Below the pieces are notes generated by a model. It worked only from the letters and a program-made list of their open reading frames with translations. It was not told where the DNA came from and ran no database searches. From IMG/VR virus record IMGVR_UViG_3300042862_000163, positions 50,521 to 114,520 of that record: a DNA stretch of 64,000 nucleotides. One strand, written 5' to 3'. Within the stretch, counting starts at the first letter, position 1, and the number at the start of each line of letters is the position of its first letter. The translations under genes and the position numbers were made by a program. Below, piece after piece: positions 57,364-64,000 of this stretch. Source of the stretch: a virus (taxonomy: Duplodnaviria > Caudoviricetes).

Positions 57364-59324
57364 TAGAAAAGATTTAATTGGTTAGGAATATACACTGTTT
57401 TGATTCTTCTACCTTCAGTATTAATCTTTAAGACTAATCTGTTGGCTTTCTCAATATAATAGTCATAGTTAACATTATCAACTTTACTATTCTTGGGTAA
57501 GAAGTTACAAACTTTACAAACCCATTCACCAGCTTCCACTTGACTGATAGCTGCAGCTCTAGTCTGACACTCAGGATTCTTAATCTTAAAGATCTTTTCT
57601 CCAGTGTTAGATACATAATAACGTATCAATTTGTTATAGACAGTAGTTTCTCCTGTAGATCTGTTAGTTCCTTCATAATGGAAACTTCTACTGGCCTTTT
57701 GTCTTAAGCAAAAATCAAATAAATTATTATGAGTACGAATCGTATGCTCCACAGGCACACCATTAACAAAATACTGCTCAAGAGCAATAGGAACAATTCT
57801 TGCTGACTTGTTTTTATGTAACTCAAAGTCAGTAAGGAAATCACCTTTCTTTTTAATTTCTCCATTGGTCATAATTGCTAAATAGTCATTCACTGTACTA
57901 AAGATAATCTTGGAATAGTCTGTGCGTTCTAACTCATAAGCAGTTATCTCACACCACCATTTGTTGATGTCATGCATCAAAGGAATTAAGTCTTTCTTAA
58001 TCTTGATAGTTACACCATCTGTATTTGCAGAGATCACATGTATGCCATTGGTTTCATATTTCTCAATAAGCATCATTAGACTAAGCTCACCAGTTATTGT
58101 GGTGAACATAGTTAACTGCCTATCATATATCCAGTTTTGCATATCAGATGACTTACCATATACAGAGTTAACTGCAAGCTTAAGTGCTCCAACAATTCCT
58201 TTAATCTTCTTATCCTTCTTAGCGAAGGGTTTAAGCTCCAATCTCTTATCAAACATCTGTTTATACCCTCTAAGGAATTCCTTGCCTAAATGGGCAGGAA
58301 ACTTACCGTTGTTGATAATAATAGCTGGATAATAAGAACTAACATCCCAATCAATTATCTCGTACTCTTCATCAGCTTCAAACACTTTAGGTTTGTTTTC
58401 TGTATGAAGGCCACCTTTCATAAAAGAATACACATTTCCATAGAAATGCACATCTTCTTTGAAATCATCTTGAAGACCCAACTGCATCTTATTGATCTTC
58501 TTTAGGAAGTCTTTAAGTTGAGGAGTTTCAAATTTCACATACTTTGCAACACAGTTCTTTACATCAATACTCTTTCTGAAGAATCCTTTCTTAGGAAGCT
58601 CTCTATATTCAATACCTTTCTCTTGGCAATAGAACTTCTTAATCATCTCATCTCCAATCTTACTATCTGAATAGTTTATACAAGGAATACCAAACTCTTC
58701 TTCGATATCTCTTCTCAGTTCTATTCGGTTGTCTCCTCTGTATAATGGATGATCTGTGTCACCAAGTGTTATCTTGTAGAATTCATAGGTAGCATCAACA
58801 TCATTATGACAATAGTCAATAGTCATCTCGACTTCTGCTTTTGTCATATCTGTTTTAGTATGATGTATTGGCATCTCTTCAATATTCTCAAGATCCATCT
58901 CAAACTCTAGTCTCTTAAGACTCACCATACGATTCTTATTATCGTAATGATGTATCTTAAACAGATCTAATTGTTTTAATGATAACTCATGCTCTCTGTA
59001 TTCTGGAAACACATCATAATTAGCATCATGTATAACATCTGCAGCCTTCTGTGCTATCTTAGCACATATCTCCAAGTTGCTTAACTCATGCCAATTCTCA
59101 TGATTCCTAAGAATCCACTCAACTACCTGACTATCAAAGCGTAGATTATTATAACCTACCCAATAAACGTCACTGTGAGCTTCTGTATATCTAACGAAAG
59201 CATCTAATTGATTCTTCCATTTTGACACTTGAAAGCTTTTACCAACTTTACCTGGTACCATTACTACCACAGCAAACAATTCTTGCATGGTTTCAATGTC
59301 ATAAATAATTACTTCTTCATTCAT
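57363..59324 (-). CDS. polB: Family B DNA polymerase with 3'-5' exonuclease
   Basis: YDIE, GYNNLRFD, YCHNDV; DVSSYYP, KLAVNSVYGK, NTDG, VNDY, KKKG. Confidence 0.93.
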   Translation of the reverse strand: MNEEVIIYDIETMQELFAVVVMVPGKVGKSFQVSKWKNQLDAFVRYTEAHSDVYWVGYNNLRFDSQVVEWILRNHENWHELSNLEICAKIAQKAADVIHDANYDVFPEYREHELSLKQLDLFKIHHYDNKNRMVSLKRLEFEMDLENIEEMPIHHTKTDMTKAEVEMTIDYCHNDVDATYEFYKITLGDTDHPLYRGDNRIELRRDIEEEFGIPCINYSDSKIGDEMIKKFYCQEKGIEYRELPKKGFFRKSIDVKNCVAKYVKFETPQLKDFLKKINKMQLGLQDDFKEDVHFYGNVYSFMKGGLHTENKPKVFEADEEYEIIDWDVSSYYPAIIINNGKFPAHLGKEFLRGYKQMFDKRLELKPFAKKDKKIKGIVGALKLAVNSVYGKSSDMQNWIYDRQLTMFTTITGELSLMMLIEKYETNGIHVISANTDGVTIKIKKDLIPLMHDINKWWCEITAYELERTDYSKIIFSTVNDYLAIMTNGEIKKKGDFLTDFELHKNKSARIVPIALEQYFVNGVPVEHTIRTHNNLFDFCLRQKASRSFHYEGTNRSTGETTVYNKLIRYYVSNTGEKIFKIKNPECQTRAAAISQVEAGEWVCKVCNFLPKNSKVDNVNYDYYIEKANRLVLKINTEGRRIKTVYIPNQLNLF

Positions 59325-59514
59325 CTTGTTGTTTTTTATGTTGTTTCCATTCTAACCAAAAACCTATACCCACAATAATATTCATTCCAAAGGATGCTAA
59401 TACTTCATGAATATCTTTATATACATTTAAAGATAGATGTATATGTCCTACTATCCAAAATGGAGTAGCAAGATTTGCAGATATCCAACGTATTAAAAAG
59501 TTTATAAAGTTCAT
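59317..59514 (-). CDS. Small membrane protein
   Basis: Two hydrophobic segments. Confidence 0.55.
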   Translation of the reverse strand: MNFINFLIRWISANLATPFWIVGHIHLSLNVYKDIHEVLASFGMNIIVGIGFWLEWKQHKKQQDE

Positions 59515-59528
59515 AGTTTTAAATTAAA

Positions 59529-59542
59529 GGGTTACAAAGATA
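59529..59542 (-). promoter_or_regulatory. Promoter-like TATCTTTGTAACCC upstream of the polB operon
   Basis: Same extended motif as at 37396 and 42235. Confidence 0.6.
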
Positions 59543-59552
59543 ACTAAAAAGA

Positions 59553-59577
59553 TTAGGGATGCACTATACATCCCTAA
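59553..59577 (-). terminator. Intrinsic terminator
   Basis: TTAGGGATG-cactata-CATCCCTAA followed by TCTTTTT on the minus strand. Confidence 0.7.
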
Positions 59578-59586
59578 CAATTTTTA

Positions 59587-59835
59587 TTATATTGCTCTAA
59601 GTCTTCGATTGATGAATTGTGTTATCACCATTCTATCTACATGTGATATACGTCTGTTATCAAACTCCATGTTAATCGTATTATCATACACTTTCTTTGA
59701 TATAGTATATTTAATACCATTTCTATGTGTAGGATCTTTAGATTCAAATGCTGCAGCTGTAGATTTTAACTTGCTTACAATTACTTCAGCTATTTTTCTT
59801 TCTTTTGTATGCTTATTCGATGCTATTAACTCCAT
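59587..59835 (-). CDS. Hypothetical protein
   Basis: ORF track. Confidence 0.5.
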   Translation of the reverse strand: MELIASNKHTKERKIAEVIVSKLKSTAAAFESKDPTHRNGIKYTISKKVYDNTINMEFDNRRISHVDRMVITQFINRRLRAI

Positions 59836-59836
59836 A

Positions 59837-60436
59837 TTAAAAGTATATTCTGAAATGATCAGAGTGTAACATAATCTTTTTAGGCTTACCCTCGAATGTC
59901 ATACCATGTGGTACTTCTATACCTATCTCTGCAGGTTGTTGTTGTTCTTGTTCTACAACAGGTTCTGACCAAAAAGATTTAGGTCTTTTTCTTTTAACTC
60001 CAGCTTTAATGTCTAATGCTCTTCTTGTTTTATATATTTTAACCTCCACTGAACCTGGAGTTCTATTGTATTTTTCTGAAAATGCGTATGCAGCATCATA
60101 TACACTGACAGTAAAATCATTAGCAATTCTTAATATTTCTTTTTCTTCTTCTTTTGAATAAAATCTAACTGTTTCTTTCATAATTTCTAAATTTTCTTTT
60201 TTAATTTTTACTTTTTCATACATACCAAATCTTGGTTGTTTTAATAAATAAGGCATACAAGACCTTAACAATGCACTAACAGTTCTTGATTGCATATCAA
60301 ACTTTAATGCTAATTTGATAGCATCTTTGCGATGAAACTTATTAGGCAATGCTTCAAAAAACTGTACTTTGTTCTCTCTTGATTTAAAAAGAAAATCTTT
60401 ATAATAATCTAATTGATCTTCTGTTAATGTTTGCAT
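59837..60436 (-). CDS. Putative DNA-binding protein (wHTH/Myb-like segments)
   Basis: LP..F.R..A..LA.K...RTV..LL; YSKEEE...RT..SV..KIY. Confidence 0.45.
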   Translation of the reverse strand: MQTLTEDQLDYYKDFLFKSRENKVQFFEALPNKFHRKDAIKLALKFDMQSRTVSALLRSCMPYLLKQPRFGMYEKVKIKKENLEIMKETVRFYSKEEEKEILRIANDFTVSVYDAAYAFSEKYNRTPGSVEVKIYKTRRALDIKAGVKRKRPKSFWSEPVVEQEQQQPAEIGIEVPHGMTFEGKPKKIMLHSDHFRIYF

Positions 60437-60441
60437 GTTTT

Positions 60442-60987
60442 CTAAATTTTAGCAAAACAACACATAGCTGATGTGTCGAAATACTTGATGAATAAATAGT
60501 TTCCTTTTCTTGTTGTGTAAATTGTGTGAGGCATAGGTGATACATGATCAACACTATCCAACACTTTCTCTTTCCTAGCTTTAAAAAATGTATCAATTGT
60601 TTGTTGTATACCAATTCTTGTGCTAAATGTCATAATGAAGTTCTTTTTGAACTTAGCAATATGTTCTGTTAAATATCTAACAGATGCACAAAAATCAAGA
60701 TCAAATAATACATTTTGTTTCTCTGGATTTGCTTTGAGAATATCACCACATATCAATGCTATCTTAGATGTTGATCTAATTTTAGATAGTTGTTGCAATG
60801 CCACTTGTGAGTTAGTCTCATAAATTTCAAATTCTTTACATCCTTTGGCTTCTAGATATGCTAGATATTCATTGATGTCTGGACCTGCTAATCCAACTAC
60901 AGATTCAAATTGAAATCTTTGGATTATAAATTCTCTTACAGCATGTTTATTGCTGGAATTAATGTAAGTTTTTTTTCTTTCGCTCAT
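60442..60987 (-). CDS. Rossmann/SAM-methyltransferase-like protein
   Basis: VVGLAGP, IYE, GDI, FDLDFC. Confidence 0.4.
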   Translation of the reverse strand: MSERKKTYINSSNKHAVREFIIQRFQFESVVGLAGPDINEYLAYLEAKGCKEFEIYETNSQVALQQLSKIRSTSKIALICGDILKANPEKQNVLFDLDFCASVRYLTEHIAKFKKNFIMTFSTRIGIQQTIDTFFKARKEKVLDSVDHVSPMPHTIYTTRKGNYLFIKYFDTSAMCCFAKI

Positions 60988-60991
60988 AGCT

Positions 60992-61468
60992 TTACTCTTC
61001 TAATCCTTCACTTGTTGTAACATCCCAATCTTCTAGATCATCATCATCATATTCATCTAATGCAAGTCTAAGTACTACAGCATCATCATAAAGTATTGGT
61101 ATCAATTCTTTATCAAGAGTATCATAGTCTTCTACTTCTATTTCAACAAATCCTTCACATTCTCTTAATAAGAAATTGATTTCATCTAATGATATATCTC
61201 TTAATTCATCTGTGTGACTTCCTTCATCCCACCAACCAATTTGATCATGTGTTGCAAGAATATCATCATTACCATCAATAAGAACTAATTCTACTGGGGC
61301 ACCATTTAATGCCATAAATGCATCCATATCTTCAGGAATCTCTTCAAGTTCCCATAATTCAACGTATGGTTCCATTATACCAACAGATATCCTATTGATA
61401 AAAAGCATACCCTCCTCTAATTCATCAGGAAGGTAGCTTTTCAATACTATTTCAGCTGGATACCACAT
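60992..61468 (-). CDS. Acidic hypothetical protein
   Basis: ORF track; very Asp/Glu rich. Confidence 0.6.
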   Translation of the reverse strand: MWYPAEIVLKSYLPDELEEGMLFINRISVGIMEPYVELWELEEIPEDMDAFMALNGAPVELVLIDGNDDILATHDQIGWWDEGSHTDELRDISLDEINFLLRECEGFVEIEVEDYDTLDKELIPILYDDAVVLRLALDEYDDDDLEDWDVTTSEGLEE

Positions 61469-61830
61469 TAGAAATCTACTTTAGACAATGGTTTCAATCT
61501 TTGAAATGTAGAACTTTGAGATTGAAGTCTCAATAGAATATGTAATTGTTCTAATTTAAGATAATCAATTTCTTTATTTACTGATAAATCTTCTACCACT
61601 ACACCATTACCAGTATCTATTATGACCAATGCTACAGTATTTTTAATATGATCTGACCATTCTATACCATTACTATAATATAATGTATGAACAGTTAGTG
61701 TATCATCTGTATCATCTTTTACATAATCATATTCATGAAGACTATCTATGTGGATTTCTTCTTTGGGAACTTCTGTTTGTTTAGCAATTACATTTGCTAT
61801 GTGACTAGTTAATTTCTTTTCTTTTTTCAT
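61468..61830 (-). CDS. Hypothetical protein
   Basis: ORF track. Confidence 0.6.
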   Translation of the reverse strand: MKKEKKLTSHIANVIAKQTEVPKEEIHIDSLHEYDYVKDDTDDTLTVHTLYYSNGIEWSDHIKNTVALVIIDTGNGVVVEDLSVNKEIDYLKLEQLHILLRLQSQSSTFQRLKPLSKVDF

Positions 61831-61832
61831 AA

Positions 61833-62138
61833 TTATTCAAATAAAATTGTAGGTGCTCCTACGTTACACATTAACATTACATAAAATCTAATACAATGTT
61901 GATTTATGTGATCAGCTCTACCAAATGTTCCAGCTAAATCATTATCAACTATAGATTTGACAAAATCTCCTCCTGGATAACCAACTTTCCATTTGGTACA
62001 TAATACTGATGTACCAATATAAATGATATGTTCACGCTCTGTAATTACATAATTATAAAGTATTGATTCTGTTGCATATTTGTCAAAATAGTCAGATACT
62101 ATTATTCTAACTATTTCCTGTTGTTCTTCTAGATTCAT
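61833..62138 (-). CDS. Hypothetical protein (PGGDFV..IV.NDL..FGRAD..N)
   Basis: ORF track. Confidence 0.6.
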   Translation of the reverse strand: MNLEEQQEIVRIIVSDYFDKYATESILYNYVITEREHIIYIGTSVLCTKWKVGYPGGDFVKSIVDNDLAGTFGRADHINQHCIRFYVMLMCNVGAPTILFE

Positions 62139-62413
62139 ATTTTTGATATTATATTTTTAACGTTGTTGATGAGTTCTTTAAGGCTTAATTCTATTTCAGG
62201 TTCTTTTTCAATAAATTGTTCTTTTATTCCAAGAGCTGGATACCAATAAGCATTACTACTAAATTGAACATAATATGCTCCAGTTTTATCGCTAGAAAAT
62301 TCTGTTATTTCTCCAATCTCTCCGACATACTCATTCATATTATCATTCCATCCAACAACTAGATTGTCTTTAAAAGCAAAACCTATTACTTTCTTTCCTA
62401 TAAGATCTTCCAT
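62135..62413 (-). CDS. Hypothetical protein (SH3-like)
   Basis: M..YVG.IG.I...V.F...YWYP. Confidence 0.55.
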   Translation of the reverse strand: MEDLIGKKVIGFAFKDNLVVGWNDNMNEYVGEIGEITEFSSDKTGAYYVQFSSNAYWYPALGIKEQFIEKEPEIELSLKELINNVKNIISKI

Positions 62414-62415
62414 GG

Positions 62416-62649
62416 CTAATATCCTGCTAATTTAGCAATAGCACCTTCTTGACTTAATACATAAGCAAGATCAGATTCTTGTTTAGGTGTAAGAGATTTA
62501 ATAGCAGAAACTAATTCTATTCTACTATAACTAATATCTTTACCATATACATTTATAACTTTCTCTCCAAGCTCTAATAGCTGAGATACATTAAAATTAT
62601 CTACAGGATTGTTATTATCATCCTGCCATCTACCGTTTACTATTTTCAT
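62416..62649 (-). CDS. Hypothetical protein
   Basis: ORF track. Confidence 0.55.
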   Translation of the reverse strand: MKIVNGRWQDDNNNPVDNFNVSQLLELGEKVINVYGKDISYSRIELVSAIKSLTPKQESDLAYVLSQEGAIAKLAGY

Positions 62650-62655
62650 AATTTT

Positions 62656-62952
62656 TTATTTTATATTTGTTAAAGTATAAGAATCATAAACTGATTCATC
62701 ATCTAATGATATATGATAATATCCTTCACAAGCAAATATATTTTTGTTTAAACTTTTGCTTATCCCATTACCATCTTCTTCATGATAATCTTTAGGTCTA
62801 TCAATATCATTCATTTCTGCTTTCTCTAATACTGATTTTAAAGCAGCTTCTACATGTAGTTTTGCAAATTCGATCATTGCATGTGTGATATCAACTTCAG
62901 TGTATACACCACTCTTGTCTTTTTCTAGAAATTCTTTTGCTGTTGGTACCAT
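62656..62952 (-). CDS. Hypothetical phage protein (AMIEFAKLHVEAALK)
   Basis: ORF track. Confidence 0.6.
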   Translation of the reverse strand: MVPTAKEFLEKDKSGVYTEVDITHAMIEFAKLHVEAALKSVLEKAEMNDIDRPKDYHEEDGNGISKSLNKNIFACEGYYHISLDDESVYDSYTLTNIK

Positions 62953-63073
62953 AATTTCTATTTATTAGTTTTGTTTGCTATATAATCTACTATCCAACTT
63001 ACTACTTCACAAAATCCTATCAATGCAAATAAGTACATTAACATTACTATTACTGTCCACATAAGTTTTAATT

Positions 63074-63310
63074 TTAACGTTGATTTTCTAATACTTTTTC
63101 TACTATTTCATCAAATATAGCATCACTAATCAAATCAATGATTTCTGTACCATCTATTTGAACTGATTGTAACTCAAACTCTGCATCACAACCTGGATAA
63201 CCTTCCATGTTACTATCATACATGATAGCATCTTCATCTGGATAATAATATCCACTTACTGTAATGTAGGTTCCTCCAACAGTTAGTCCTAATTCTATTT
63301 CTTTACTCAT
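63074..63310 (-). CDS. Acidic hypothetical protein
   Basis: Start refined to ATG 63310. Confidence 0.55.
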   Translation of the reverse strand: MSKEIELGLTVGGTYITVSGYYYPDEDAIMYDSNMEGYPGCDAEFELQSVQIDGTEIIDLISDAIFDEIVEKVLENQR

Positions 63311-63438
63311 GATCTTATTTCTTTTTAAATTGTTCAAACCATGCATCAGGTTTACTTTTATATTTATTCTGAATCATTAATTTTAATTCCAAAAAACACA
63401 AATACTATCGCTACGCATATAAAAGCTACTATCATAAA

Positions 63439-63753
63439 TTATTTCTTTTTAAATTGTTTGATTATATTTTTGAATCTAATCATATAATCATAATTTTCAT
63501 TTTCATTATAAACATTAATCATTCTATTATAAATCCATTCTAAATGATTAACTTCTTCCTCACTATAACTTCTTTCTTGTTGCCATTTAGCACCATTAGT
63601 AAAGTGTTTGGTAGCTATTTTCTGATGTTTAGTATATCCTGAAGGTACTACTTGTCCTGGTGGGATAGATTGTTTTTCTCCTTGTTTGTTCAAAAGCCAA
63701 ATAAAACTTCTATGAGCATAAATAACAGCGGCTTCTTCAAGTGTTTCTTTCAT
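63439..63753 (-). CDS. Small paralog family C (QQERSYSEEEV...QFKKK)
   Basis: Start refined to ATG 63753. Confidence 0.65.
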   Translation of the reverse strand: MKETLEEAAVIYAHRSFIWLLNKQGEKQSIPPGQVVPSGYTKHQKIATKHFTNGAKWQQERSYSEEEVNHLEWIYNRMINVYNENENYDYMIRFKNIIKQFKKK

Positions 63754-63754
63754 T

Positions 63755-64000
63755 TTATTTCTTTTTAAATTGTTCAAACCATTTTCTTGGGGAAATTTTA
63801 AAATCTATTATCTTATCTCCTTCACATATGTCTCCACAGTGAACATCATACATTAATTTTTGTATAATATTCTCAACTTCTTCCTCACTATAACTTCTTT
63901 CTTGTTGCTTTAACTCATATTCTTCTTTGGCTTTAAGATAACCTTCTCTTGAAGATTTTAAATCATCCATAGCTAAAGTAAATTGATTATAAGTTTCTTG
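63755..64000 (-). CDS. Small paralog family C, probably 5'-truncated
   Basis: Frame open to the window edge; shares about 33 bp of identical DNA with the neighbouring gene. Confidence 0.6.
   Translation of the reverse strand, partial: QETYNQFTLAMDDLKSSREGYLKAKEEYELKQQERSYSEEEVENIIQKLMYDVHCGDICEGDKIIDFKISPRKWFEQFKKK

Noticed and set aside
54550-59324. Inteins in DnaB, PolB or RecA
   Set aside because: The proteins have compact lengths, with no C...HN-(C/S/T) splice junctions or embedded LAGLIDADG motifs.

Overview
This window is a gene-dense, AT-rich, CpG-poor segment of a large lytic Bacteroidota (Flavobacterium-type) phage of the crAss-like kind. All calls were made by eye from motifs; no database searches were run. 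The + strand arm (1-27951) carries the late/virion genes: a 5'-truncated giant virion RNA polymerase (GSDFDIDK), a second giant protein with a PD-(D/E)xK-like domain, a lysis cassette and fibre/spike proteins. It also carries glycosylation/sulfation enzymes interleaved with small poly-Thr-tailed proteins, and a cluster of Lys-rich KxGG proteins. The - strand arm (28066-64000) carries the early/middle genes: GT2, GT11, GroES, PhoH, MazG, a split dNMP kinase, RecA, exonuclease, rIIA/rIIB, an atypical UDG, primase, SSB, Sak4-like ATPase, helicases, PolB and many small ORFs. The arms meet at a bidirectional terminator near 27960. The most notable signals are: (1) a candidate virion O-glycosylation/sulfation system, with an HPAT/SGT-like transferase, TTTTTTT-VV acceptor-like tails, sulfotransferase, APS kinase, GT9, GT2 and GT11; (2) three intron-less homing endonucleases that appear to have entered host genes (primase, groES, dNMP kinase), leaving duplicated 3' ends or a split gene; (3) promoter-like motifs embedded in hairpins. 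I found no rRNA, tRNA, CRISPR array or integrase.
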